In this document: piece by piece, positions 23,217 to 32,414 of the stretch
Position numbering within the stretch: the first letter of the stretch is position 1
Layout: the number at the start of each line of letters is the position of its first letter
Assembly: GCA_944320495.1 (NCBI GenBank)
Contig: CALUHR010000004.1
Coordinates: forward strand, 1 to 33,065
Direction: 5' to 3'
Length of the DNA stretch: 33,065 nt
From: Candidatus Methanomethylophilaceae archaeon
Lineage (GTDB): Archaea; Thermoplasmatota; Thermoplasmata; Methanomassiliicoccales; Methanomethylophilaceae
The notes under the pieces: generated by a model
Databases searched by the model: none
Told to the model about the DNA's origin: nothing
Seen by the model: only the letters and a program-made list of their open reading frames with translations
Translations under genes and position numbers: made by a program

Positions 23217-23993
23217 ATGGCACAGACCAATGTCTACTCGGTCCGCGGAGGAGTTGCGGGCACCGTGGATGTTCCCGCGGCGTTCGAGACCCCCTACAGG
23301 CCCGACATAATCAAGAAAGCAGTCCTCGCGGCCGCCGCCAACTCCAGGCAGCCCTACGGACCCGGAGCCCGCTCCGGAATGAGGCACTCCGTCAGCACCT
23401 GGGGCAAGGGAAGGGGAACCGCCCGTGTCCAGCGTGTCCACGACGGCAGGAAGGCCACCGAGTCTCCCAACAACGTCTCCGGAAGGAGGGCCCACCCGCC
23501 CGTCCCCGAGAGGAAGTGGGAGCAGAAGATGAACAAGAAGGAGGCCAAGATCGCCCGCCAGTCCGCCCTCGCCGCCACCGCTTGCGCCGAGTGCGTCAGG
23601 GCCCGCGGCCACCAGTTCGACGACTCCGTCTCCTTCCCCATCGTCGTCGAGGACGAGCTGAAGGACCTGAAGGCGACCTCCGAGGTTGTCGAGGTCTTCG
23701 AGAAGATCGGAATCGGCTACGACGTGGAGCGCGCCAAAGAGGGCCGCAAGATCCGCGCCGGAAGGGGAAAGATGAGGAACAGGAAGTACAGGACCCCCGT
23801 GTCCGTACTCATCGTCGTCAGCGACGCCGAGAGGGAGTCCCCCATCTTCAAGAGCGCCTCCAACCTCCCCGGAGTCACCGTGGAGGAGGTCGGAACCCTG
23901 AACACCAGCATCCTCGCCCCCGGCGGAGACGCTGGAAGGCTGACCGTCTACACCAAGTCGGCCATCGACGCCATAGGAGCGTGGACCCAGTGA
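23217..23993 (+). CDS. rpl4: 50S ribosomal protein L4 (uL4)
   Basis: RPDIIKKAV, STWGKGRGTARVQR, GRRAHPP, KIRAGRGKMRNRKY, LAPGGDAGRLT. Confidence 0.96.
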   Translation: MAQTNVYSVRGGVAGTVDVPAAFETPYRPDIIKKAVLAAAANSRQPYGPGARSGMRHSVSTWGKGRGTARVQRVHDGRKATESPNNVSGRRAHPPVPERKWEQKMNKKEAKIARQSALAATACAECVRARGHQFDDSVSFPIVVEDELKDLKATSEVVEVFEKIGIGYDVERAKEGRKIRAGRGKMRNRKYRTPVSVLIVVSDAERESPIFKSASNLPGVTVEEVGTLNTSILAPGGDAGRLTVYTKSAIDAIGAWTQ

Positions 23994-24271
23994 AGCAGAG
24001 CGACGTCCTCATCAGGCCGTACGTCACAGAGAAGTCGATGAACCACATGTCCGGAACCCCCACCCAGGCCTACAAGGATGGGAACAGGATCGAGTTCATC
24101 GTCAACAGGAACGCATCCAAACAGCAGATTAAGACCGTCTTCGAGGAGCGCTTCGAGGTCAAGGTCGACAAGGTCTGGGTTAGGATCCAGAAGGACGGGA
24201 AGCACGCCATCATCAAGCTCGCGGAGGGCTACTCCGCCGAGGATGTCGGATCCCGTGTCGGAGTCATCTGA
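23990..24271 (+). CDS. rpl23: 50S ribosomal protein L23 (uL23)
   Basis: RPYVTEKS...N..EFIV...ASKQQIK..FEERFEVKV.KV...KHAIIKL. GTG start overlaps the rpl4 stop. Confidence 0.93.
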   Translation: MKQSDVLIRPYVTEKSMNHMSGTPTQAYKDGNRIEFIVNRNASKQQIKTVFEERFEVKVDKVWVRIQKDGKHAIIKLAEGYSAEDVGSRVGVI

Positions 24272-24283
24272 AGGTGAGTGAAC

Positions 24284-24979
24284 ATGGGAAAGAGACTTAT
24301 CCCGCAGAGGAGGGGTCGCGGTACCTCGCTTTACCGCTCCCCCAGCCACAGGCACGTCGACGACGTGAGGCTCCCTGCCCTCAGCGAGGGGACCGCGGTC
24401 ATCAAAGACCTGATCCAGGCCCCCGGCAGGACCTGCCCGCTCGCCGTCCTCGACCTCAACGGCAGGACCGATTACCAGCTCGCCGTCGAGGGAACCAAGG
24501 TCGGACAGACCATCAAGATCGGCGGAACCGAGATCGTCGCCGGTAACATCACGCAGCTCTCCAAGATCCCCGAGGGAACCCTCGTCCACAACGTCGAGGC
24601 CAGGCCCGGGGACGGCGGCAAGTTCGTCAAGACCGCCGGTTCCTCCGGAACCGTCGTCTCCAGGGGAGACAAGGTCGTCGTGCTCATGCCCTCCGGAGCC
24701 CTGAAGGAGTTCAGCCCGGACTGCCGCGCCGCGATCGGAGTCATCGCCGGCGGCGGAAGGGGAGACAAGCCCCTCGCCAAGGCCGGTAAGAACGTGCACA
24801 CCCTGAGGTCCAGGTCCACCGCGGCCTTCAAGACCAAGGGAGTCGCGATGAACCCCGTCGACCACCCCCACGGTGGTGGAAGCCACGCCCACGTCGGTGG
24901 ACCCAACTGTCAGAAGAGGACCGCATCGCCCGGTCAGAAGGTGGGTTTCCTGCCTCCTAAGAAAAAGGTAAAGAAGTGA
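24284..24979 (+). CDS. rpl2: 50S ribosomal protein L2 (uL2)
   Basis: MGKRLIPQRRGRG, PGDGGKFVKTAGS, GVAMNPVDHPHGGG. Confidence 0.97.
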   Translation: MGKRLIPQRRGRGTSLYRSPSHRHVDDVRLPALSEGTAVIKDLIQAPGRTCPLAVLDLNGRTDYQLAVEGTKVGQTIKIGGTEIVAGNITQLSKIPEGTLVHNVEARPGDGGKFVKTAGSSGTVVSRGDKVVVLMPSGALKEFSPDCRAAIGVIAGGGRGDKPLAKAGKNVHTLRSRSTAAFKTKGVAMNPVDHPHGGGSHAHVGGPNCQKRTASPGQKVGFLPPKKKVKK

Positions 24980-24983
24980 TACC

Positions 24984-25451
24984 ATGGCAAAGAAGATCAT
25001 TGCTGGATCAGCGAAGGCCGCCAGGAGGAAATCCAGGAAGAAGGCATCGGCGATACAGGCGAGGAGGAAGAAGGAGTTCCTGTACCGCGGGTACAACCTG
25101 GAGCAGCTCCTCGGCATGTCGTTCGAGGAGTTCCTGGACCTTCTGCCCTCCAGGGCCAGGAGGACCTACCTCAAGGGCCTGAACTACGAGCAGCAGCTGC
25201 TGTTCGACAAGCTCAAGGCTGCCGAGCCCGGAGAGGTCGTCAGGACCCACCGCAGGGACCTGCCCATCATCCCCCAGTTCGTCGGAAAGACCGTTAGCAT
25301 CTACAACGGCAAGGAGTTCAAGGACGTCGAGATCAAGCCCGAGATGATCGGATGCTACCTCGGTGAGTTCGTCCTCACCAGGAAGCCGCCGGTGCACTCC
25401 GGACCCGGTGTCGGAGCTACCAGGTCGTCCAAGTTCATGCCGCTGAAGTGA
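24984..25451 (+). CDS. rps19: 30S ribosomal protein S19 (uS19)
   Basis: EFLYRG, VRTHRRDLPIIP, YNGKEF, EMIGCYLGEF. Confidence 0.96.
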   Translation: MAKKIIAGSAKAARRKSRKKASAIQARRKKEFLYRGYNLEQLLGMSFEEFLDLLPSRARRTYLKGLNYEQQLLFDKLKAAEPGEVVRTHRRDLPIIPQFVGKTVSIYNGKEFKDVEIKPEMIGCYLGEFVLTRKPPVHSGPGVGATRSSKFMPLK

Positions 25452-25461
25452 GGTGTCTGAT

Positions 25462-25911
25462 ATGGTTTCAGGATACACAGCAACAGCAGACCCGGACACC
25501 ACCGCCAAGGCGCTCGGAAGGGAGATGCCCATCTCCCCCAAGTTCGCCCGCGAGGTCGCCGGTATGATCCGCGGCATGAAGGTCGAGACCGCCAGGCAGG
25601 CCCTGGAGGACGTCATCGACAAGAAGAGGGCAGTGCCCCTCAAGAGGTACAACAAGCGTGTCTCGCACAAGCCCGGCGTGGGTCCCGGAAGGTACCCCGT
25701 CAAGGCCGCCAAGGCCATCCTGGGCGTCCTGGACTCCGCCGCGTCCAACGCGGAGTACAAGGGACTCAGCCCCGACGACATGGCCATCATGACCATCTCC
25801 GTCTCCAGGGGACGCACCATCCCCGGGCACATGCCCAGGGCCCACGGCCGCGCCACCCAGTGGAACCAGGAGACCGTCAACCTCGAGATCATACTCGCGG
25901 AGGTCGAGTGA
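25462..25911 (+). CDS. rpl22: 50S ribosomal protein L22 (uL22)
   Basis: ISPKFAREV, VPLKRYNKRVSHKPG, GRYPVKAA, PRAHGRAT. Confidence 0.96.
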   Translation: MVSGYTATADPDTTAKALGREMPISPKFAREVAGMIRGMKVETARQALEDVIDKKRAVPLKRYNKRVSHKPGVGPGRYPVKAAKAILGVLDSAASNAEYKGLSPDDMAIMTISVSRGRTIPGHMPRAHGRATQWNQETVNLEIILAEVE

Positions 25912-25912
25912 A

Positions 25913-26596
25913 ATGGCAGCAGAGAGGAAATTCGTAGCCGAGAACATCCGCAGGGTCCTCCTCAAGGAGTACCTGATGAAGGAGGTCAGCCGCGCGGGGT
26001 TCGGAGGACTCGATGTCCAGAGGACCCCCATGGGTACCCGTGTCATCCTCACCACCGAGAGGCCCGGGCTCGTCATCGGACGCCGCGGACAGACCATCAA
26101 GAACCTGACCGCAGTCATCGAGGACCGCTTCGGGTTCGAGAACCCCCAGATCGAGGTCCAGGAAGTCGAGAACGCCAGCCTCAACGCCCAGATCATGGCC
26201 GAGAAACTGGCCTTCTCCCTCGAGAGGGGATGGCACTTCCGCAGAGCCGGACACTCCACGGTCCGCAGGATCATGGACGCCGGTGCCCGCGGATGCCACA
26301 TCATCGTGGCCGGCAAGCTGACCGGACAGAGGCACAGGACCGAGAAGTTCAAGGAGGGCTCCATCAAGTTCTGCGGAGAGCCCAAGGCCCAGTTCATGGA
26401 CCGCGGGTACGCCGTAGCCAAGCTGAAGATGGGAGTCATCGGAGTCACCGTCGAGATCATGTCCAAGGAGTCCAAGCTCCCCGCGGACATCAGCATCCTC
26501 AACAAGACCGAGGCCGCTGCTGTCCTCCCGGACCTGTTCACGGCCGCCCCCGAGGCCCCCGCCGCAGAGCCCGCCCCCGCTGAGGAGGTGCAGTGA
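25913..26596 (+). CDS. rps3: 30S ribosomal protein S3 (uS3)
   Basis: RTPMGTRV, RPGLVIGRRG, LERGWHFRRAGH, GKLTGQR, KMGVIGVTV. Confidence 0.97.
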   Translation: MAAERKFVAENIRRVLLKEYLMKEVSRAGFGGLDVQRTPMGTRVILTTERPGLVIGRRGQTIKNLTAVIEDRFGFENPQIEVQEVENASLNAQIMAEKLAFSLERGWHFRRAGHSTVRRIMDAGARGCHIIVAGKLTGQRHRTEKFKEGSIKFCGEPKAQFMDRGYAVAKLKMGVIGVTVEIMSKESKLPADISILNKTEAAAVLPDLFTAAPEAPAAEPAPAEEVQ

Positions 26597-26799
26597 TGGC
26601 ATCCCTCAAGACCGCCGACATCAGGAACATGAGCGTCGAGGAGCGCAACCAGAAGCTGAAGGAGCTCCGCGACGAGCTGATGCACGAGAGGGGAGTCTCC
26701 GCCATGGGCGGAGCACCCTCCAGCCCCGGGGCCATCCGCGCCCTGAGGCTGAACATCGCCCGCATCCTCACCGTTCAGAAGGAGGAGGAAAAGATCTGA
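26596..26799 (+). CDS. rpl29: 50S ribosomal protein L29 (uL29)
   Basis: DIRNMSVEERNQKLKELRDEL...IRALRLNIARILT. Confidence 0.93.
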   Translation: MASLKTADIRNMSVEERNQKLKELRDELMHERGVSAMGGAPSSPGAIRALRLNIARILTVQKEEEKI

Positions 26800-27098
26800 T
26801 GGCCGAAATCTGCCCAGTATGTGGGTTGCCCAAGGAGCTGTGCATGTGCGAGGAGATCGCACGTGAGCAGCAGACCGTCAGGATCTCTATCGACAGCCGC
26901 AGATACGGCAAGACCGTGACAGTGATCGATGGTATCGATGAGAACGACATCGACATCAACGATCTCGCAAAGAAGCTGAAGAACAGATGCGCCGCCGGCG
27001 GAACCTGCAAAGACGGGCGCATAGAACTCCAGGGCGATCACAAGAAGAAGGTGAAAGCCGTCCTGGAGGAGATGGGATTCCGCACAGAGGTCAGATGA
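26799..27098 (+). CDS. sui1: Translation initiation factor SUI1/aIF1 homolog
   Basis: CPVCGLPKELCMCEEIAREQQ, RRYGKTVTVI, CAAGGT, IELQGDH. Confidence 0.94.
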   Translation: MAEICPVCGLPKELCMCEEIAREQQTVRISIDSRRYGKTVTVIDGIDENDIDINDLAKKLKNRCAAGGTCKDGRIELQGDHKKKVKAVLEEMGFRTEVR

Positions 27099-27349
27099 GA
27101 GACAACCGCATCGTGAGGACCGAGCTCATTGGATTGGACGTGGAAGTGCTGTCAGGGCCATACTCCGGCATAGCCGGAAAGGTGGTCGACGAGACGAAGA
27201 ACACGTTCACCATCGATTCGGCCGGAACTGAGAGAATGGTACCCAAACCAGGCAATGAGTTCAGGTTCGCGCACGAGGGCAGGACGTTCGACATCAGAGG
27301 TTCAGAGATAGCCCACCGACCAGAGGACAGAATCAAGAAGGTTAGGTGA
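27095..27349 (+). CDS. rnp1: Ribonuclease P protein component 1 (Rpp29)
   Basis: [33 protein letters not shown], in its usual position before rps17. Confidence 0.92.
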   Translation: MRDNRIVRTELIGLDVEVLSGPYSGIAGKVVDETKNTFTIDSAGTERMVPKPGNEFRFAHEGRTFDIRGSEIAHRPEDRIKKVR

Positions 27350-27353
27350 AGAA

Positions 27354-27686
27354 ATGACAGCAGACATCAGGAACATCGGAATCGATGTCGCGGCTCCCAA
27401 AGGGGAGTGCGACGATCCCAACTGCCCCTTCCACGGGACCCTTCCCGTCAGGGGACAGATCATCGACGGCGTCGTGTCCACGGTCAAGATGAACAAGACC
27501 GTGGTCGTCGAGCGCCAGTTCATGAAATACATGAACAAGTACGAGAGGTACGAGAAGAGGAGCAGCAGGTACTCCGCGCACTGCCCCTCCTGCCTCGGCG
27601 TCAAGGCCGGGGACAGGGTCAGGATCGCCGAGTGCCGCCCGCTCTCCAAGACCGTCGCCTACGTCGTAATCGAGAAGGTGGAGTGA
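27354..27686 (+). CDS. rps17: 30S ribosomal protein S17 (uS17)
   Basis: [36 protein letters not shown]. Confidence 0.96.
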   Translation: MTADIRNIGIDVAAPKGECDDPNCPFHGTLPVRGQIIDGVVSTVKMNKTVVVERQFMKYMNKYERYEKRSSRYSAHCPSCLGVKAGDRVRIAECRPLSKTVAYVVIEKVE

Positions 27687-28085
27687 ATGAAGGGAATCGC
27701 CGGAAACCAGACCAGGGGCCTCCAGAACGGCTCCAGGCTCACGGTCATCGACAACACGGGCGCCAAGGAGATCGAGATCATCACCGTGCCCGGGTACCAC
27801 GGCGTCGCCAGGAGGGTCCCCTCCGCAGGCGTCGGGGACCTCGTCATCGCGTCCGTGAAGAAGGGGACTCCCCAGATGAGGAGGCAGATCGTCTTCGCCG
27901 TCATCGTCCGCCAGAGGCGCCCCATGAGGAGGCCCGACGGAACGATTGTCTACTTCGAGGACAACGCCGCCGTCATCACCACCGAGACCGGGGAGACCAA
28001 AGGAACCGACATCAAGGGCCCTGTCGCCAGGGAGGCCGCCGAGAGGTGGCCCCGTGTGTCCGCGACGGCCAGCATGATCGTGTGA
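27687..28085 (+). CDS. rpl14: 50S ribosomal protein L14 (uL14)
   Basis: [22 protein letters not shown]...[21 protein letters not shown]. Confidence 0.97.
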   Translation: MKGIAGNQTRGLQNGSRLTVIDNTGAKEIEIITVPGYHGVARRVPSAGVGDLVIASVKKGTPQMRRQIVFAVIVRQRRPMRRPDGTIVYFEDNAAVITTETGETKGTDIKGPVAREAAERWPRVSATASMIV

Positions 28086-28095
28086 GGTGCGAGGT

Positions 28096-28470
28096 ATGGC
28101 AAGCAGCAAAGCAAGGGTCCAGAGGAAGAACCAGGCCAACGCCTCCGCGCACGTCAAGAGGAAGATGCTCTCCGCCCACCTGAGCGCCGAGCTCCGCGCC
28201 AAGTACGGAGTCCGCAGCGCCAGGGTGTGCAAGGGAGACACCGTCGTCATCGTCCGCGGCAACGAGGACATCAGGAACACCGAGGGCAAGGTCCTCAACG
28301 TCTACACCAAGACCGGCCGCGTGGCCATCGACGGTGTGACCATCAACCAGGCCGACGGCACCGCCGCCGAGCGCCCCATCCACGCATCCAACCTGGTGAT
28401 CACCAAGCTGAACACCGAGGACGAGTGGAGGATGGAGGCCCTGTCCAGAGGAAAGGAGGCTAAAGAATGA
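28096..28470 (+). CDS. rpl24: 50S ribosomal protein L24 (uL24)
   Basis: LSAELRAKYG.RS..V.KGDTV.IVRG, PIHASNLVITKL. Confidence 0.95.
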   Translation: MASSKARVQRKNQANASAHVKRKMLSAHLSAELRAKYGVRSARVCKGDTVVIVRGNEDIRNTEGKVLNVYTKTGRVAIDGVTINQADGTAAERPIHASNLVITKLNTEDEWRMEALSRGKEAKE

Positions 28471-29174
28471 GCGACCACATGAAGAGGCTCGCGGCGCCCA
28501 GGACCTGGCCCCTGAAAAGGAAGGCCAGCGTCTTCGTCGCCAAGCAGAGCGCGGGAGCGCACTCCATCGAGGACTCCATGGCCGCCGTGACCGTCCTGAG
28601 GGACATGATCGGCGCCTGCGACACCGCGAGGGAGGCCAAGAGGATCATCGGGAACCGTGAGATGTTCGTCGACGGCAAGGCCGTCAAGAACCCCAAGGCG
28701 CCCGTCGGGTTCATGGACGTCGTGTCCGTGCCCAAGCTCGACCTCGCCTACCGCATGCTCCTCACCGACAAGGGAAAGCTGACCCTCGTCCCCATCGACG
28801 CGGACGAGGCCGGCTGGGAGCTGTGCAGGATCGAGGACAAGACCATCGTCAAGGGCGGCAAGTTCCAGCTCAACCTCAGCGGAGGCAGGAACATCCTCCT
28901 CGACAAGAACGACTACAAGTGCGGCGACACCCTGAAGGTCGCCTTCGACGGGCAGAAGGTCATGGACCACTACCCCCTGTCCGAGGGCGCTACCGTCTTC
29001 ATCAAAGAGGGTTCCCACACCGGAGCCGTCAAGACCGTGAAGTCCATGGAGGTCGTCAAGGGACCCTCGTCCAACCTCGTGCTCTTCACCGACGGAACCG
29101 AGACCGTGGCCAGGAACTGCTTCGTCATCGGAGCCAGCTCCCCCGCCATCAAGCTCCCGGAGGCGTCCGAATGA
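28467..29174 (+). CDS. rps4e: 30S ribosomal protein S4e (eS4)
   Basis: [44 protein letters not shown]. Confidence 0.96.
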   Translation: MSDHMKRLAAPRTWPLKRKASVFVAKQSAGAHSIEDSMAAVTVLRDMIGACDTAREAKRIIGNREMFVDGKAVKNPKAPVGFMDVVSVPKLDLAYRMLLTDKGKLTLVPIDADEAGWELCRIEDKTIVKGGKFQLNLSGGRNILLDKNDYKCGDTLKVAFDGQKVMDHYPLSEGATVFIKEGSHTGAVKTVKSMEVVKGPSSNLVLFTDGTETVARNCFVIGASSPAIKLPEASE

Positions 29175-29683
29175 GCGACGTCATGAGGGCCATCTCCGTC
29201 GACAAGGTCGTCGTCAACATCGGCGTCGGCGAGGCCGGAGAGAGGCTCGTCAAAGCGGAGAAGGTCCTGGAGATGGTCACCGGGCAGAAGCCCGTCGAGA
29301 CCGTGTCCAAGACCGTCAACAGGGACCTCGGCATCAGGGTCGGAATGCCCCTGGGATGCAAGGTCACCCTCCGCGGGGAGGCCGCCGAGGAGTTCGTCAA
29401 CAGGGCCCTCGCCATCAGGGAGAGGCGCATCCCCGAGTACTCCTTCGACAAGGAGGGCAACATGTCCTTCGGAATCTCCGACTACACGGATTTCGACGGC
29501 ATGAAGTACGACCCCGAGATCGGTATCTTCGGAATGGACATCAGCGTCGTCCTGAAGAGGCCCGGCAAGAGGGTCGCCGTCAGGCCCCTCCTGAGGAGGA
29601 GGATCCCGGTCAGCCACCGTGTCGACCGCGCCGAGGCGATCCAGTTCATGAAGGACAAGTTCGAGGTTCAGGTGATCGAATGA
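29171..29683 (+). CDS. rpl5: 50S ribosomal protein L5 (uL5)
   Basis: [46 protein letters not shown]. Confidence 0.97.
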   Translation: MSDVMRAISVDKVVVNIGVGEAGERLVKAEKVLEMVTGQKPVETVSKTVNRDLGIRVGMPLGCKVTLRGEAAEEFVNRALAIRERRIPEYSFDKEGNMSFGISDYTDFDGMKYDPEIGIFGMDISVVLKRPGKRVAVRPLLRRRIPVSHRVDRAEAIQFMKDKFEVQVIE

Positions 29684-29826
29684 AGCCGAAGAAGCAGTTC
29701 GGAAGGTCTGTCGGCTGCACCCGCTGCGGACGCAGGAGGGGGATCATCAGGAAGTACGGCATGCACCTTTGCCGCCAGTGCTTCAGGGACATGGCCCCCG
29801 AGCTCGGATTCAAGAAGTATTCGTGA
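29680..29826 (+). CDS. rps14: 30S ribosomal protein S14 (uS14, Zn-ribbon type)
   Basis: CTRCG...[14 protein letters not shown]...LGFKKY. Confidence 0.95.
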   Translation: MKPKKQFGRSVGCTRCGRRRGIIRKYGMHLCRQCFRDMAPELGFKKYS

Positions 29827-29836
29827 GGTGTTCAAG

Positions 29837-30226
29837 ATGCAGAGCGATCCACTCAACGACGCAATGTGCGTCATCAAGAACGCGGCACTCGACGGTAAAT
29901 CCGAGTGCATGATACAGCCTTCATCCAAGCTCATCGGGCGTGTGCTCAAGGTCATGCAGGACCGCGGATACATCACCCAGTTCGAGTACGTCGAGGATGG
30001 CAAGGCGGGCAAGTTCCGCGTCATGCTCGATGGAGCCATAAACAACTGCGGCGTGATCAAGCCCAGGTACTCCGTCAAAGTGGCGGACGTCGAGAGGTTC
30101 GAGGCGAGGTTCCTCCCCGCCCAGGACTTCGGACTCCTGATCATGTCCACAACCGCAGGGGTCATCACGCAGGACCGCGCCAAAGAGCTCGGAATCGGCG
30201 GGAAACTCCTCGCTTACGTGTACTGA
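29837..30226 (+). CDS. rps8: 30S ribosomal protein S8 (uS8)
   Basis: DPLNDA, GAINNCGVIKPR, FLPAQDFG.LIMSTTAGV, IGGKLLAYVY. Confidence 0.97.
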   Translation: MQSDPLNDAMCVIKNAALDGKSECMIQPSSKLIGRVLKVMQDRGYITQFEYVEDGKAGKFRVMLDGAINNCGVIKPRYSVKVADVERFEARFLPAQDFGLLIMSTTAGVITQDRAKELGIGGKLLAYVY

Positions 30227-30235
30227 GGAATAAGA

Positions 30236-30787
30236 ATGACAATAGCAGGGAAAATCGAAAGCACCATCGCTATACCCGGCGGCGTGACGGTGTCCCAGGA
30301 CGGAGGCGTCCTGACCGTCAAGGGCCCTAAGGGAGAACTTAGCAGAAACTTCGCGCACCCTGGAATCGACATGGCGGTCAAAGACGGGGAGGTCAGCGTC
30401 AGCTGCGAGTACCCCAGGATCAAGGACAAGGCTATGGTCGGAACCTATGTCGCGCATGTAAGGAACATGATCCACGGCGTGACCGAGGGATACACCTACC
30501 ACCTCAAGATCGTCTTCTCCCACTTCCCCATGAAGGTGACTGTGAAGGGAGACCGCGTCGAGATCAACAACTACATGGGAGGCCACGCCCCCCGCTACGC
30601 CAACATCGTCAAGGGCTGCACCGTCAAGGTGAACGGCCAGGATGTCACCGTCGAGGGCATCGACATCGAGGCCTGCGGCCAGACCGCAGCCAACCTCGAG
30701 AGGGCGACCTCCAGGCTCGGCTTCGACAAGAGAACGTTCCAGGACGGAATCTACATCGTCCAGAAGTCCCACAAGGTGAAAGAATGA
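30236..30787 (+). CDS. rpl6: 50S ribosomal protein L6 (uL6)
   Basis: VKGPKGEL, AHVRNMIHGVTEG, FSHFPMKV, GQTAANLE, DKRTFQDGIYIV. Confidence 0.97.
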   Translation: MTIAGKIESTIAIPGGVTVSQDGGVLTVKGPKGELSRNFAHPGIDMAVKDGEVSVSCEYPRIKDKAMVGTYVAHVRNMIHGVTEGYTYHLKIVFSHFPMKVTVKGDRVEINNYMGGHAPRYANIVKGCTVKVNGQDVTVEGIDIEACGQTAANLERATSRLGFDKRTFQDGIYIVQKSHKVKE

Positions 30788-31449
30788 CTGTCAAGAATCT
30801 CACTGACCTGAACGGTCTCAGCGACAAGAACGTCGAGGAGCTGCAGGCCATCGGCATCACCAACGTGGCCGAGCTCAAGGAGGCCATCAACGACGACGCC
30901 AAGATCAAGACCGTCATCAAGGCCTGCTCGGGAGTCGGACCCAAGACCGTCGCCGCGTGGAAATCCGCCCTCGAGGAGGAGTCCGCGCCCGCAGAGGTCG
31001 TCGAGGAGTCCACCGAGGTCGTCGAGGCTACGCAGGGCGGATACGTCGTCAAGCTCAAGCCCGAGCTCGACTCCGAGACCGCCGACGCTCTCGCCAAGAG
31101 GGCCATGATCTCCGGAAGGAGGCCGGCCTTCAAGAGGCAGGAGTGGTTCAGATACGCCAAGCTCGGCGAGAACTGGAGGAAGCCCAAAGGTATCCACTCC
31201 AAGATGAAGAGGGGCCTGAAGAGGCGCCCGCCCATGGTCGAGGTCGGATACCGCGGACCCGCAGAGGTCAGGGGACTCCACCCCTCGGGATTCGAGGAGG
31301 TCATGGTCTACAACGTCGACGGGCTCGAGGGCATCGACCCCAAGAAGCAGGCCGTCCGCATCGGCGGCACCGTCGGAACCAAGAAGAGGATCGCCATCGA
31401 GGACAGGGCGGACGAGCTCGGAATCAGGGTCCTCAACAGGATGGTGTGA
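30784..31449 (+). CDS. rpl32e: 50S ribosomal protein L32e (eL32) with N-terminal helix-hairpin-helix extension
   Basis: C-part PAFKRQEWFRYAKLGENWRKPKGIHSKMKR...RGLHPSG. The N-part has an HhH-like SGVGPKT and an acidic linker. Confidence 0.95.
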   Translation: MTVKNLTDLNGLSDKNVEELQAIGITNVAELKEAINDDAKIKTVIKACSGVGPKTVAAWKSALEEESAPAEVVEESTEVVEATQGGYVVKLKPELDSETADALAKRAMISGRRPAFKRQEWFRYAKLGENWRKPKGIHSKMKRGLKRRPPMVEVGYRGPAEVRGLHPSGFEEVMVYNVDGLEGIDPKKQAVRIGGTVGTKKRIAIEDRADELGIRVLNRMV

Positions 31450-31451
31450 GC

Positions 31452-31913
31452 ATGGCCGATCTTAGAAACCAGAGGAGGATGGCCGCGGAGATCCTCAAGT
31501 GCGGAGAGAACAGGGTCTGGATGAACCCGGACCGCCTCGACGAGGTCGAGGACTGTATCACCCGCGCCGATGTCCGCACCGCCATCGCGTCCGGCCTGAT
31601 CAAGGCGAAGCCGAAGAACGGCACGTCCAAGGCCAGGATAAGGTACGCCGCCGGCCAGAAGGCCAGCGGAAAGAGGAAGGGCCCCGGATCCAGGAAGGGA
31701 ACCGCCAACGCCCGCGTCCGCGACAAGGAGCGCTGGATGGCGACCATCAGGCCCATCCGCGACGAGCTCAAGGCCATGAGGGCCAGCGGCGAGATCACCC
31801 CCGCCGTCTACAGGCTGTACTACAGGAAGGCCAAGGGAGGCATGTTCAGGTCCCGCGGGCACCTCAGGCAGCACATGACGGCCGCAGGACACCTCAAGGA
31901 GGAGGAGAACTGA
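31452..31913 (+). CDS. rpl19e: 50S ribosomal protein L19e (eL19)
   Basis: QRRMAAEILKCGENRVWMNP, ITRADVR, RKGPGSRKG, YRKAKGG. Confidence 0.96.
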   Translation: MADLRNQRRMAAEILKCGENRVWMNPDRLDEVEDCITRADVRTAIASGLIKAKPKNGTSKARIRYAAGQKASGKRKGPGSRKGTANARVRDKERWMATIRPIRDELKAMRASGEITPAVYRLYYRKAKGGMFRSRGHLRQHMTAAGHLKEEEN

Positions 31914-32413
31914 TGGCAACCGGTCCTAGATACAACGTAGCGTTCCGCAGGAGGAGAGAGGAGCGCACCAACTACTACTCCCGCAAGAAACTGCTCTCGA
32001 GCCACGAGGCCAGGGCGGTCGTCAGGAGGTCCAACAAGAACGTCACCATCCAGTTCGCCGAGTTCGGCATGGAGGGCGACAGCATCCTCGCCTCCGCGAG
32101 CACCAGGGAGCTGGCCGGCATGGGCTGGACCCGCTCCTGCTCGTCCATCCCCGCCGCGTACCTCGTCGGGTACCTCGCCGGGAAGAGGGCGGTCAAGGCC
32201 GGCATCGAGTACGCTGTGCTCGACATCGGCATGCAGAAGGTCCAGCACGGCGGCGTCCTCTTCGCCACCGTCGCCGGAATGTGCGACGCCGGACTGGAGG
32301 TCCCCCACGGAGAGGACGTCCTCCCCGACGAGGACAGGATCCTCGGAAAGCACATCGACGAGGCCATCGAGGCCGAGATGAACGGCATCAAGCAGAAGAT
32401 GGAGGCTGAGTGA
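31913..32413 (+). CDS. rpl18: 50S ribosomal protein L18 (uL18)
   Basis: FRRRREERTNYYSR, VVRRSNKN, AAYLVGYLAG, LDIG, GLEVPH. Confidence 0.96.
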   Translation: MATGPRYNVAFRRRREERTNYYSRKKLLSSHEARAVVRRSNKNVTIQFAEFGMEGDSILASASTRELAGMGWTRSCSSIPAAYLVGYLAGKRAVKAGIEYAVLDIGMQKVQHGGVLFATVAGMCDAGLEVPHGEDVLPDEDRILGKHIDEAIEAEMNGIKQKMEAE

Positions 32414-32414
32414 A

